This document shows positions 41,878 through 57,408 of a stretch of 64,000 nt of DNA, piece by piece. The notes beneath the pieces are model-generated. The model made no database searches, was not told the DNA's origin, and saw only the letters and a list, made by a program, of their open reading frames with translations. The stretch comes from the human T2T-CHM13v2.0 reference genome, Homo sapiens, in assembly GCF_009914755.1 (NCBI RefSeq), contig NC_060926.1. The stretch is one strand, 5' to 3'. The position numbers and the translations under genes were made by a program. Each line of letters begins with the position of its first letter. Position 1 is the stretch's first letter.

Positions 41878-43061
41878 GTCCAAAGTTTGTAACTGTTATT
41901 TGCAGAAGAATGGTTTGTTAGGTGCTCACTCCTCCACAATGGAATCTGAGCTCCTAAAGTCTAGTTTTTTGGTTTTTTTCTGGCTGAGTATGGTCAGGAT
42001 GTGGTCCAAAATCACCCAACATATAAAGAACCCAGAAAATATGACCCAGTTATAAGAGAACAGACATCAACCCTAAGATGATTCAGACACTGAAATTATC
42101 AGACAAGGACTTTATCAGCTGCTATAACTATACCCAGTCTTTTATTAAAAGATAGCTGGGGAGGCAGGAAGGGAGTTAAGCTTTCCAGAGAGGATAGAAT
42201 TAACCAGTAGGGTACTCCACCCATTGTCATGCTTTGTCAAATGCTTAACTTCTATGCCAAGTTTGAGAAATACTATGAAATTTTGTCAAAGAAAATACTG
42301 CCAAATTGCCTATGTTAACAAGTGACTCGTTTGGCAAAACTTGAGTAAATCTATCTTAAGTTATTTTTGGATGTACATTTCTATTTGTACGATACATCCT
42401 TGAGAACGCAGCAAAAAAAAGGCTATACCAAAGGTTTCCCCTCCCACCCTGGGCAATATTTAAGCATCAAAACATGGCCTGTAACTGCTTCTCAGTGATA
42501 AATATATTTTTTATTGTATGACAGGAAGATTTTAGAATCTTAAAATTAGTTTGCCTTGGTGCAATATGTAAATGTAACCATTCTTTATCTCCAACCCTAT
42601 GCTGGATAACTGTACCACTTAGCTTCTCCAGCAGCCAAGCATTATGGCTAAGTAGTTAAAGCTACTGGGGCAAAAAGGCTTGTGTTCCAATCACAGCTAC
42701 TCCGCCTGCCAAACTATACACAAATTATTTGATCTCTTCAAAGCAAATTTAAAAATCATAATTAAATACGTAATTCAGAAGATTTTGTGGCTTGCCAGGT
42801 GCAGTGGCGTGCACCTGTAGTCCCAGCTACTTCAGAGGCTGCAGCAGGAAGACTGCTTGAGTCCAGAAATTTGACTCCAGTCTGCTCAACGTTGCAAGAC
42901 CTCCATCTCAAAATAAGCAGCTTTTGTGATTTCAGTTAAATAAGTAATACATGCAAATTGCTTAAATAATAGCTATTTTCAAGAAGATAGCTTCTGTTCT
43001 TCATGGTGTAGTGGCATAACACTAAATTTGTAGTTAAAGGATTTTTCCAAATCAGTTCATT

Positions 43062-43172
43062 TTTTCTTTTTTGAGATGAGTTCTTGCTGTGTTGCCCAGG
43101 CTGGTTTCAAACTCCTCCCTCTCAGCCTCCCTAGTAGTTGGGATTACAGGAGCACACCACCATGCACAGCAC
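43062..43172 (-). mobile_element. Alu monomer fragment with TSD atcagttcatttt; a second + strand monomer lies at ~42790-42913
   Basis: Alu-like sequence bounded by a 13-bp direct repeat. Confidence 0.75.
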
Positions 43173-44535
43173 AGATCAGTTCATTTTAAATGTAGTGTTT
43201 GGGGAAAGAGTGAAAGGAGTGTGAGAAATCTTAATTAAATTGCTCACTGAAGTTATGCAGTTTCTATTTTGCATTAAAAAAGCATGTCCACAATTAAATA
43301 TTTCTTCCCTTTAAAGAAATCAGAAAGATATATGCAAAAGGTACCTAATACAAAGTGAAAGACTTAGAAGACAGATAGTAGAAAAGTATTCATCTCATTC
43401 TACAAATTAACTTTGATAGAATTGAAATTACAGTAATTGTGGCAGTACTGGCAAAGGATTTTACCTTTTCTGAACAATATGTTTTATTGTAGCATTGAAT
43501 CAGTAGAGATTGTGGGGATGGGTTATGTTAAACCACAACCCAATAAAGAACTTGGAAGTAATTAGGGTGTTTAATTTTATTTTTATATTGTTTATTTTCT
43601 TGCCACTTCCTTCAGAACTCTGGGATGGATCCCATTTTGCCCTGGAGTTGTTCCCACACTGGCAGTGGGTTTGCCTAGCACACTGTATCACACAGAACAG
43701 ACAAGGCTCCTAGGATTTGTGTTTCTCTTGCTTTGCTAGATTTTCAGGAATGTTAATGAGGGTGAGAGAACCATAGATTTTATATGGCCGTAAGTTCTTT
43801 TAGATTAAATACAATATTCTATTTTTTTATCTTTTATCCTCAAACTTTTATGTACTATTCTTTTATGTTTATTCTTATCAAATATCTTTTTGTAATTTTT
43901 TTTTTGGTCCTGTTTTATACCTTAATCTTTTTCTGTCTCAGCCCTTTTTTCACTTTCTCCCTGATTCAGCTGTATCCAGTGCTTGACTTCACTATAACAT
44001 CTTTTGTCTCAGTATATGTAGACTGGTAAGGAAATATTCAACCTCAGTTCCTCCTTTAACATTTCATTCTTAGTTCTCAAAAATCTAAGTGACAAATGAA
44101 TCTTTATTTTCAGTTTTTTTCCTACTACTTACTTTTCCTTTTTCTGTAGTGAATTTTATCAAGCTAACATTTATACCTATTCCATAGTTTATATTCCCTC
44201 TACCAATCCATCCCATCCCACCTTGGCTTACTTCTTGGTTTACATTGATCCAAGTAAGGATTCTCGTTTCTGTTTTAAAAGCATATTTCTATTTAGCCTC
44301 ATCCCGAAACGAAATAAAACATTGACTACACTCAGTTGCCTAAGCTAGCTAAAAATAAATATTCCTTTGCATGCAAGGATCGTAACTAAAGTTTAAAGGG
44401 AGTCTTTGATATGAACACTGGAGTTAAGTGAAATATGTATCATTGAAAACTAACCTTCTTTACTTAATAGAAGCCTTTTAAAGTTTAGGTTTCTTACATA
44501 CATATGAGAGAATATACATCTTGTTAAAGAGTTTA

Positions 44536-44866
<331 letters not shown>

Positions 44867-47800
44867 TTCTGTAACTCAATTTTATTTTGCTGACTTTAAT
44901 TGCTTAAAATTTTTAAGAAAAAATATGGTTTCAAATGACAATTTTTATTTCTTTTCTGTATCTTTCCAATTTTTTATAAAAGGAATAAAATAATTTCACT
45001 TTTAGTATCAACTATAACAAAAGCAGGTGTTAAGGAAAATGTACATTTCTTTCTTTGAGAGGTTGATATCTAACATATCCTAGAATGGGAAACAAAAACA
45101 TTTTTGATTATTTTTGCATCAATAATAAAGCCTGATTTGGACTAATGAAATATTAACCACTTTTTTTTCTCCTCCTTAAATATCACTGCATATTCAACTG
45201 TCCCTTGAACATATATTTTTGATATAATACCCATCTAGGGAGAAGCTTAAATTGACTTACACTAAATCAAAATTCTCCCAATTCACATAGGAAATTTAAG
45301 GAAACATTTTACATCTTCCAACTGTTTCAGATGTGTTTATCTTAATGGATTTAGTTGAATGACTTACCCAGCGACATACTGGAAGTGTATATGAAAAGTA
45401 TGATGTGTAAAACTCTTATTTCAGCATTCATTCCACAAGTTCAGCATTTCCAAACTAGTACTTGGAACAGTTTATGATGTTAAGTATTTTAAGTTTTAGT
45501 ACCTCAAAATAAATTCATTTTTTGAATGATTTAATGCTTAAAATCTCCTAAAATATAATGTTCAAAATTCCCTTGCTTTCTTATTTGAAGTTACAACTTC
45601 ATCTTCCTGCAGTACAGAGCCCACTTGGATTATATTTGAGAATAGAAAGAAAAATACAAGTTATCTTACTCTCTGAGATGCTCAACAAACTGATTAATCT
45701 TTATTAAGATAATGCATTGACAAAAAAGTCTGAGTTTCTGGGAAAGTGTTGAAGTTGCCATTGATTATACTAATCCTAAATCCTTTGAAAAATTAATGAT
45801 TGTTTTCAGAAAGTTGTATCAGACTGCTATAATGGAAAATAGCATTAACATGTTATGCCCCATTCTAAATAAACCCGACTTCAAAATGTCTGTCAGAAAA
45901 CCGTTTACTTTTTTTTTTTTTTTCCCCCAAGTAACATGTTAAGAGGTGCCTTTCTGAAGATTTTTCTTGGGTACCGGGAACTCAGAATTTTCATTTGAAA
46001 TATACTAACAGCTTTATTTGGCATGAATGATAAAAGGTGCAGTGTATTGCCTAGTACAACCAGTAATACTTTTTTCAATAAGAATAAAAACAAAAATAAT
46101 AGTAAGCAGAGCTGTGTTTCTAACCCCAAAGAAGCTGAAGACCTTAGTTTAGATACGTCATAGGAATTCCTTAAGGAGTCCTCCTTTACCTCCTGCCAAT
46201 ACACCAAAGGAATCTTTTCTTGATAAATTCACCCACACTAGTTATCAAATCCAAACATCACAGAAGTAAGTTAGCATCAATTATTTACCAAGCGAGACAA
46301 AGGTTTGTCATTTTTTTCCTATCTTTTCCTTCAGCCCTCTTCATCCCCATTAGTTTTTTAATACTTCTTTAATCTCAGAAGCAGTCATTCCTAGTTTATG
46401 TCAAAGTCAGGACTTTGGAATTTGGAGCACTATCTTTACCACTTTCTGTAACTATCTCCAGTTTTAGGCTAAAACTACAGGGCATTACTCTTTTTTTTGT
46501 TTTGTTTTTTGTTGTTTTGAGACAGTCTTGCTCTGTCGCCCAGGCTGGAGTGCAGTGGTACAATCTTGGCTCACTATAAGGAGGTCATTCCATTTAATAT
46601 ATAATCACTTATTTTATGATTTGTTTGACATATTAAATTATCAAATATAAGTATTTTCTTAATATACCTCTTCTCTGATTTTGTTGATATAGACTTAATA
46701 ATAAAATCTTTTAAAAGTTTGTTTTCGTATTTGTAGTGTTCTGACTGGCTGGCTAGCTTTAAAATGTTGCCTTTCTTCCTAGTCCACACTAAAATCCATT
46801 GAGTGTTCTAATTGTACAAAACACCATAGAAAAACCTTGTCTACCACTTTTAAAAACAAACTGTGAATGTGAAAATATCTTCTGATGTGACTGCCTTATA
46901 ATGCTCAATACAGCAGTTTTAATCCAGAAGAATATATGACCTGAATGTTTGTCAAACACATGATATGCAGCAACAAAATAATCTTTATTTTACTTCAGTC
47001 TGACAATATAATGTATAAAATCACAAATTGTTTGTATTGGCAAGATTTTATTTTACTAATTCTGAGATACTATAAAAATAATACTCTATATATTTAAAGT
47101 ATTTATTTAGAAAAAACTGGGAAATAAATTGGAGAAGATATTAATTTTAAGAAAAACAAACTGAAATCAAGTCTTTGTCTTAGAGAACAAATAAGACTCT
47201 GAAGAAATTGAAAGAAATCTTTTGAAAAGCAAGAGTGAAGTACTTCAGTGATAAGACACAATGAAGTAAAATCTTCCATTTATAATAGCTACAATGACCT
47301 TAATTGAATAAAATCTAAATGTCACTAAAGACAGATATCCACTGGTTTGGATTTGAAATTTAAGAACTATACAATTTTGGATGAATTATAACTTATGATT
47401 CTGTATTAGGATTCTTCAAATCCTTTTCAGTTTATAAGCTTTAGAAAGTACACAACACTTTCTAGGTATGATGTAAAATTTTTTAAATATTTAAACCATA
47501 GAATACATTATTACAATATGTTCTTTAATGTTGATTTTTAAATGTCAGAATAGATGTAATACCAGTGTAAGCCACAGGGTGGGAGTGAAAGGCAAGAACT
47601 TGTGTTGAAGCAGCTTAAATACATAATTGCACCATCTTTATAAATCTTTTAAATGCTTGTTGAATTATAAGGAGCTGTAGCTTGGTTTTCTTTCTTCCTT
47701 TAATACAGCTGCATTCTTCAGCAAAGAATCTATAACAAAAGACAAACACGTTGATTTAAATATATAGGCCATTTTTACTGAATATCAAAAGAAGTAGACA

Positions 47801-48160
47801 CATAGATTTTTTTCCCCCTAAGTTTCTGAGCGTATGAGGTGCTTGGTGAACAGAGCAGCAATTTTGATCAATAGTTGAATTTGAGAAATTTCTTGAATTA
47901 CCAGTACCGGAAATAGTAATTGAAGTTACCAGAAATATTTCATCTCTTCAGACTTTCCTTCTTCATTTTCCTTTTTCCTTGATTTTTCTCATTTAAAGAA
48001 AAAAATCAATTGTATATTACATATAGGTCTATAAGCTGTCTCAAGTTATTTTTCAGTAGGGAAGGTAAATAAAATTTCCTTTGTGTTTTCTCTTTACTCG
48101 ACCTCATTTGAATTTGGGAGCAATTTAAAGTAGTAATAGTAATCATTTTGTATGTTTAAG

Positions 48161-48237
48161 GTAAGAAGACAAGAGGTTTCTTCTCCTAGAAAAGAAACTT
48201 CAGCAAGGAGTCTTGGCAGTCCTTTGCTCCATGAAAG
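48161..48237 (+). CDS. TANK: TANK exon 5, VRRQEVSSPRKETSARSLGSPLLHE(R)
   Basis: Acceptor gtttaag|GTAAGA; donor AAG|gtagtt; 77 nt. Confidence 0.96.
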
Positions 48238-48876
48238 GTAGTTCTACATCCTTTTTTCTCAACTCTTAAAAATTATCAATACTGAAATATATTTTATATT
48301 TGTTTTTTTTAAGCTTTAACAATTGCAAAAAAAATAGCCTTTTAGAATAAGTGGAAGTGACCAACCCCAGAATCCTACATGTTAAAGATGACCTAAACAA
48401 GTCATGCAGTTAATAGCAGAGCTGAATCTAAAACTTGAATTCTGTAAAGCTCTACTATTTCAATAGACCAAGTGTTAAGGTCGTATTTCTTTATATGGAT
48501 GGCTCCTAATGTGAACCTTACCAAAATGAGGAATATTTAATATTCTATTTAAGATATTTGCAGAGAACAAAAGTCAATGCATTGAAATTTCTAATGTGAG
48601 AATAAGACAGCCAACATTAGTGTATATATGAATAAGTAGATATGCTAGACTATACTATATTTATGTATTAAAACTTTTAATTTATCACTTACTTTGTGCC
48701 TGGCCCTCTACAAACACAAGCTGATTTTGGGGACATTGTTTAGGAATTTAAAATAATTTTTTTTTACTTTTAAATAATTATTTTGTGGCACATAAAATGG
48801 TACTACATAAGTTTGATTATTTAAAAAACTTGGAAGTTATAGCTTTACATTTTAAAATGTTGATTTTTTTTTTTAG

Positions 48877-48992
48877 GGGTAATATAGAGAAGACTTTCTG
48901 GGATCTGAAAGAAGAATTTCATAAAATATGCATGCTAGCAAAAGCACAGAAAGACCACTTAAGCAAACTTAATATACCAGACACTGCAACTG
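48877..48992 (+). CDS. TANK: TANK exon 6, GNIEKTFWDLKEEFHKICMLAK...DTAT, TBK1/IKKe-binding region
   Basis: Poly-T tract with ttttag|G acceptor; donor CTG|gtaaga; 116 nt. Confidence 0.97.
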
Positions 48993-51106
48993 GTAAGATT
49001 TAATTTAATTTACAGTAATATTGATTTGCTTGATTGAAATTGATTTCCTTTTGAATGTGAAAATATTCCTGAATGCCTATTAAGTGTGTAGCATCTGTAA
49101 TTTACCCCTCATCCACGTATGTTTGAATGTGTACATGCTGTGTAAGTTCTGTAATGTATTACATGTGTAATTGTTGGTTTTTTTCTCTTTGTTGTATATG
49201 GTACTATATAGATTAAATTGAAAGACATAATTACTAATTATCTTAATGAGACATCCCACCTTAAAAAAATACAAAATAAATACAGACTATATCCCTGAAA
49301 GTTTTCAGTTGTTTTTTGGGGGACCTTATTAAACATTAACTTTTATGTTAATAAGTGACCTTGAAGCCACACTACCATATTATATGAGCTAAGTAAAATT
49401 ATAACATCAGGTTTGTTTGTAAATTCTGCCTGAAAGTGCATTACATACACTATGGATAGATGTTTTTTTAATGTTCTTTTTTTTTTAATTCAATACAGAA
49501 TCTTGCTATGTTGCCCAGACTGGAGTGCAGTGGCTATTCACAGGCCTGATGGTGCACTACAGCCTTGAACTCCTGGGCTCAAGAATTCTTTGAACTCATT
49601 TGGTTCAAGAATAAAAACGTGGCACTCAAATTTCCTGAGTGCTAGTTGTGTTTAATGCACAAAATACACATTTAGTATAAAATATAATTTAGAAGGAACA
49701 TTTGTTTTACATATGTGTTATAGTATGTTTTGTAAATGCTGTACCCTTTCCTAAAACCCCAGACTGGCTTCCTGGTGTTTGCTTCAGTAGTTCTATATGA
49801 ATAGCAAAATCTAAGGGATTAGGTCTGGCAACCAAACACTTCTGCAAACAAAAGGAAGGTAAACTGATCATTTATAATGATAAATTCTCCTTTACCTTTG
49901 TGATTTGAGCTATTCTGCAGACAATTCCCAAAGGATGTGATTTACAGTTTTCACTCTGAGAGATGTTGCAGTCTTGCTGACTAACACCCTTTTAATTAAA
50001 GATCACTTTCCATTTCTTGCAGCTCTTACATCTAGGCTATTTAAAATCATTTTATAGTGTAAATTCACTTTTTGCTACTACTACCATTTTATTTTCAGAA
50101 AAGTTACACAATGTGGTATTACAGAAACAAAATAATCTTTGTAGACAGACATAATTTGGTTCTTTCTCTCCCTTCCCCCACCTCCCCAAAAACAACTCTT
50201 TTCTTCACCTTAATTTTTGTCATTTTCATGAGAAATTGATCTTTTGTATGGACTAAAGATAACTAGGTACCTCTGAAGTAAATGAATTATTTCTGTTTAA
50301 AATATGCTAGCTATGGAGATGTAGTACCTAGAATTCATAAACATGCTTTTTTGAACATCAACATCTTTTCAAGGCATTGTAATGGTGATATATTCTTTGT
50401 TACACAGAAAACTTATCTCATTATCAATGGCTTAATACTTTGACCATTTTTAAATTGCACAGGTCTAAATCTGAGTATGTGTCTGTCAGCTAGAACACTG
50501 AGTATTTAACTTCAATTTCTTCTCCACTAAAACTGCTTCCTGATGCCTTATTTTTATGCTTTATATTAACAGTGTCACAAATAATAAGTACATTATTCTC
50601 AAAATATTTTGTGCTACAGACTCTAGTGAAGTTTTGCTGGGGTCCAAAGAGAAACCAAAATAAATATTATACTCTGACAGTGGTATATCAAAAGGAGAAA
50701 GGAAAAAATATTTTTTGAAAAGATGCCTATTCAGGGTTTCCAAGTATGTATGCTACACTGTATAAAAATATAGAAGAACTATTTTGAATATGATTTGCAC
50801 AATATATCTGGGAAGAGTACGTGTATTGTCCCTATGTTATTTTGTATTAAAATTTGATTTTTACTTTTAAATAACCAGATATGATTCATTTGAAAATACT
50901 GAGTTAGTAGAATTCTACATTTCCTATTTATTATTACTTTGTTTTTTCTACTCATCTACATATGGCAGTAGACTTAAGAAATGATAAAGATAAAATGTAT
51001 GTTTATCCATAGCTTCAAATAAAGTACTGTTTGGTTCATAAAGGAGTGTCCAATTTCAGTAGAGATTGGGAAGGAAGAATATAGGATTAAGGGTAACAAA
51101 CATCCA

Positions 51107-51237
51107 TGAGAAGGGTAATAAACAACCATGAGGTCTTTTTCTTTTGTCAATATACAACGTGATTATACTGAGAAGGGTAATAAACAACCATGAGGTCTTT
51201 TTCTTTTGTCAATATACAACGTGATTATACTGAGAAG
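51107..51237. repeat. Perfect 62-bp tandem duplication
   Basis: Identical units at 51107-51168 and 51169-51230, plus tgagaag. Confidence 0.95.
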
Positions 51238-51714
51238 TAACTAAATGGATAGCCTGTATTTAAAACTGGGAAATCTAAAAATATTTCCCATTTTACTTTT
51301 TCCTTGCAAAGCTAAGTAGTCTTAAAATAGACAAAATAGAAAAGCTATTTGCTCACCTGATCATGTTTCTCAATATGGTGTCAGGATGACAAGTGCTTTC
51401 ATGCATCTCATTTGAGTTTTAAGTTGTCTCAGCTTAGATTTCTAGTAGCATTAGGAATGTAAGGTTTAAATTTTTTTAATAGATATTAACTCTCACTGCT
51501 TGAGCAGATTAACTCAGATTATTTTAATGTGGCTGAGTTTTATGCCAGCTAGCTTTGCTGAAAGAAAATATCTGTTTTTTTAGAGCTGTTTGATTTCTCC
51601 TCGTTTTGTTCACAGCGGGGATAGATCAACTGCTAGAAAAATAATTCAAAGCACATTTCTGTCAATTTGGGGACTTCTCTCTATATATAGAAACCAACAT
51701 GTTCAATTTAGCCT

Positions 51715-51950
51715 AATGGTTCAGAGCACAAATCTACAGTTAGGTTGCCTGGGTTCCAGTGGCAGATCTACCACTTACTATAATAGTTGTGTGGCCTTTG
51801 AATTAACCTCTCCAACCAGTTTCTTCACATGTAAAGTGGGGATAATAATAGTGCCTGCCTCAGGATTACTTTGAGTATTATATGAATTAATGTACATACA
51901 ATTATTATAATAGTACATGCCATGTGGAAGTGCTATTAATGTTAATAGTC
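51715..51950. mobile_element. MIR
   Basis: gcctgggttcc...ccacttacta...cagtttcttcacatgtaaagtggggataataatagt. Confidence 0.8.
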
Positions 51951-52463
51951 ATTTCCATTAGCAGCAGCAGCAGCAGATTCTCCAGCATTCACCTTGTTCT
52001 CCTTGTGAAGATCATTTGATAAGTCTCTCCTCTTCGGGTGTTACAGAATCTGATTACCTCAACAGTTGGTTTTCCTGATTTGTTATTTGCAAGTAGCAAA
52101 TGTCATCTACAAAGACAGTACTGTTTCCTAGACTTTCCTACCACTTTCAAGTCTACTGCCAGGGAAAATGACTACTCGAGAGTTAATGGACTTTAAGAAC
52201 CTCAGAGGCTAAAGAAATCCAGATAAACAATTAAGCTTGGTGACAATTACTATAGCACTCCTAGTCATAGAGTATCTGGTAAATGTTGATTATTATAGTA
52301 GGCTTTGTAGGGGAGAGATTACAGATTCATTCAGAATTCATTTGTTAGGGGCATACTATGTGCCAGACACTGGGCAAGGGTCTGGAGTTAGAAGGAAACA
52401 AAACAGTTTAAGACCTCAAAAAACCTACTTTAGTGGGAAGAAACAGAGTTATACTTGGAAATA

Positions 52464-53351
<888 letters not shown>

Positions 53352-55278
53352 TATAACAGTGTGTTTCAGTTCTCAGGGCATCCAAGAGTCATGGGAGAGT
53401 CATCCAGAGAAACTTATGTCCAAGCCAAGATATGAAGGACAAATAAGAGTTGGGCAAAGAGTAATGGGAGGGGACACTTCAGGCAGTCTGCACAGCAGGT
53501 GCAAAGGTGCAAAGACAAGAGAGTGTAGCTATTTTGGAGAACTATACAAAGTTCATTATAGCCAGAGTATGGAGTGAAAGATGAGCATGGAGAGATGACC
53601 AGGGGCCAGTCATGAACAGTCTAATAAGCCTTTTCTGAGATCTGAGGGGCTTGTAGAGCCATCAAAAGATTTTATTAGGAAGGTAACTTGGTCAGATTAG
53701 TATTTTAGAAAAACTACTCTGAGAATGAAGGGATGGAGGGGAAGTTGCAGTGAAGAGAACAGATTGGATATGAGACAAATTCAGAGGCAAGGAAGCAGTT
53801 TAAAGGCTGTTATAATAATCCAATAAGAAAGGATGGTATGAAGAGAGGTATAAAGAGAGGCAGTAGGTATATAACAAAATGAACCAAAGAAGTTGGTTGC
53901 ATTTTACTACACATACCCAAACAGAAAAAAATATATTGGAATGTGCTGTGGCAAAAGACAGAGAGGTGTCATGAGACTGCCAAGACCAAAGGAATATAAA
54001 GGAACTGACATTTGTTAAGTGCCTACTAACCTGTACAGATACTTTGTATACCTTGTGTTCTGTATACCCTGTCTACCTAGATTTGCATCATTGGTAATGT
54101 CTCCATTTGTGAATGTTCAACAGTGCTGATGACAATCCTTAAAATACATACATTACCAACTTCAGTGCCTTCTTTAAGGGACATTGTGGAGCTTAATTTG
54201 GCTTTTTCTAGTGTCTCAGAATCATCAACATGGAGAGTACTTTGATGATTGTTTTTTTGTATTGAGCACTCATTGGCCCTATACTAGACTGTAGTGTTTT
54301 CTAAGTTCTTATATCAGCTTCTTTGTCTTTCTTATCTCTTCCTATGCTTTTAGCTCTTGTTGATATCTATGTCTGCCTTTAGCAACTCATACTCCCTTTT
54401 AATTTGCTGTTTCAAACCAGCTATGAGCTGTGGAAATACCACCAAGTTTGTTAGAATAAATCTAAAATGACAATAGGAACAAAATTCATCTATCTATGAA
54501 CCTTGTGGCTCTAATTCTGGCTCCTCAGAAGCTCTGTTTTCTTTCTAGCTTTTGACTGTGTCCTACAAAGCTGAATTTGTTGGATAAGTGGTTCTAGATA
54601 AATGAGCTACAGAGGCCCTTTTGTCTACCAGATATTTACCTGTTTTTTACAGAGGTCTTTTTTAAAAAAAGATATAAGATGATAAAATAATCTATTCATC
54701 CACAGTTTTCTTAACATGCATCACAATATTTCATCCTTCCTTTGCCTTCACTGTCTTCTTTTTCCCAACTCCTGCAACCACCAGTCCCTCACATGGATTA
54801 TTGAGAGCAGACAGTGGCTAAACTGATTAGTGATATACTTAGTTAGACAGTGACATTAATAATAAATGACCTAATTTTAGATATACCTAGTAAGATTTTC
54901 CCTTTTAACAACTTATTTGTCTAAGCAAACTCACAGTTATAGCTTCCGTTACTGACAAAATGTTTAAATGTATACACTACAAGCAAATGTTTTTCAAGTG
55001 TGGAGCAGTGTAACTGTGAACAAGATGCAAAGCTTACGGCAGAAGACTTAGGAAAAGACAAAGTAGTTAAATTGCGACTAATAAGCTATGTTTCAGTTCA
55101 CCCGCTGGAGACTGCTAATATTCTGTGTAAGATGGTAGCAAATTTTAAAATCCCAGTTGTCTTCATTTGCTATAAAAACCAATAGAAAAAATAATAATAA
55201 TCTCTCCAAAGCTGATTGAACAGATTTTTTTAATGATTTGAATGCGGCTGTTTCTCTTTTGTGTTCTTCTCCCTCCAG

Positions 55279-55859
55279 AAACACAGTGCTCTGTGCCTAT
55301 ACAGTGTACGGATAAAACAGATAAACAAGAAGCGCTGTTTAAGCCTCAGGCTAAAGATGATATAAATAGAGGTGCACCATCCATCACATCTGTCACACCA
55401 AGAGGACTGTGCAGAGATGAGGAAGACACCTCTTTTGAATCACTTTCTAAATTCAATGTCAAGTTTCCACCTATGGACAATGACTCAACTTTCTTACATA
55501 GCACTCCAGAGAGACCCGGCATCCTTAGTCCTGCCACGTCTGAGGCAGTGTGCCAAGAGAAATTTAATATGGAGTTCAGAGACAACCCAGGGAACTTTGT
55601 TAAAACAGAAGAAACTTTATTTGAAATTCAGGGAATTGACCCCATAGCTTCAGCTATACAAAACCTTAAAACAACTGACAAAACAAAGCCCTCAAATCTC
55701 GTAAACACTTGTATCAGGACAACTCTGGATAGAGCTGCGTGTTTGCCACCTGGAGACCATAATGCATTATATGTAAATAGCTTCCCACTTCTGGACCCAT
55801 CTGATGCACCTTTTCCCTCACTCGATTCCCCGGGAAAAGCAATCCGAGGACCACAGCAG
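55279..55859 (+). CDS. TANK: TANK exon 7, contains the TRAF-binding PxQxT motif PIQCT
   Basis: Acceptor ccctccag|AA; donor CAG|gtaact; 581 nt; lies inside ORF 55242..55877. Confidence 0.98.
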
Positions 55860-57408
55860 GTAACTGTTTTGCATTAACAAATATATTATTATGTGTGAAC
55901 ACACATTTTGCCATACATGCACAGATATGCATCTCTTTTACGTTATCAAACATCCTTTTTAAACTACTGACAGCCAAAGTTAAGGCTTTCAAAAAAACAA
56001 GTCCCATAATAAATGACATGAAATTAGAAAAGCTGAATATGGTAAAACTTTATTGGAAAGTACCTTAGAATTTATGTCAGATTTAAAAATACATGTTAAG
56101 CCTTATCCATATCTGTCGTGGTGTCACTTTCTTAGTTCCTTATTCAAAGCTTGTTTACTCAGGATTAATAAGAATATTAAATTTCATAGTGTGAAACAAA
56201 TGCTGTTTTATTTAATAGTTTGTGTATATCATATTCATCTTTATAAGAATTCAAGATCTTTCATAAGTAAATAATTGCATCTTACATTTCTATTTATCAA
56301 AATAAGTGAACTATCTTTCAGTGAATACTTCTACTACATCTTCAGTTATATAGTACACAGATCTGTAGGGTTTAGTTTGGTTTTGGTTGCTAATCTGGAA
56401 ATGAACATGTAGCCTAGTATATTTTTTAAATAGTCTCTGCATGTGTATGATATCAAATATTTTATTTAATGTTTCTAAAGCTCACAGACTAATATCCCCC
56501 AAACCACTCCTGCCCTCCCTTTTAGATTCAAATTCTATCACAGAATGATTCTTTTAGTTAAAAAAAAGTTTAATGTCTGAAAGCAAATGAAAACTATATA
56601 ATTTTTACAAAAAACAGAAGCTTATGAAAATACAGATTGATGTAAATGTCTATGTAACTTGCAAACATTTGTCTGATTTCTCTTTGCCTTGAGATATTTA
56701 ATTTTTTTAAAAAAGTTATTAATACCCTTTTGCTTTAAGTACACATATAGGTTATAGACTTAAATCAGCACGCAAAGAAGGCAGTTGTCAAGCTGTGGTA
56801 TATTTTAGTAGTGGGAAGAACTAGGCATGGCTGACAATAAGTTTTAATTATAACCTCACTTATGTTCTTGTTCATTGTACTTTATTTCACATCATAGTCT
56901 CAGTTATAGTTGCTACTAAATGAAACAAATTAAACAATTTCATTTATTGCAAGTAGAATTCCTGTGGAGCTGTGAAGTGCATCAGTTCTAATGCTTGTTA
57001 CTTTTTTCTCTATTATATGTCTTGCTTGTTCTTTTACTAGTCTGTGCATTCATGTTTCAGTAGATGGCACCCTGCATTGTACATTTGCTTTCTATACTAC
57101 AGCAAGGGAAACAGCTGGTATGTGATTACAACTTGATGGAAAAGTATTCAGCTTAAAAAATTCAGGAGAATTAGTGTTGAGTTGTCACAAGACATGGGGC
57201 ATAAGGTTAGATAATTGATATTTTGGCAGAAAAAGCAAAGAAATTAGTTTGTTTTGAAGACCATGTTACAGTTTAGGATGGAAAGAATATTTCTTAAAAT
57301 GAGTTTTTTAAAAAAAACCTTTTAAGCTATTTTATTAGTATTAATAAAGCTAGTATTATGCAAGCTAGTATAAGTACAAAGCTAGTATAAGTACAAAATT
57401 CCTGAGTT

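Noticed and set aside
41600-42055. 151-aa ORF with a CVCVCV run
   Set aside because: Produced by the (GT)n microsatellite within old L1-like sequence.
55346-55647. Alternative-frame and antisense ORFs inside exon 7
   Set aside because: Shadow ORFs of the real coding frame with no independent support.
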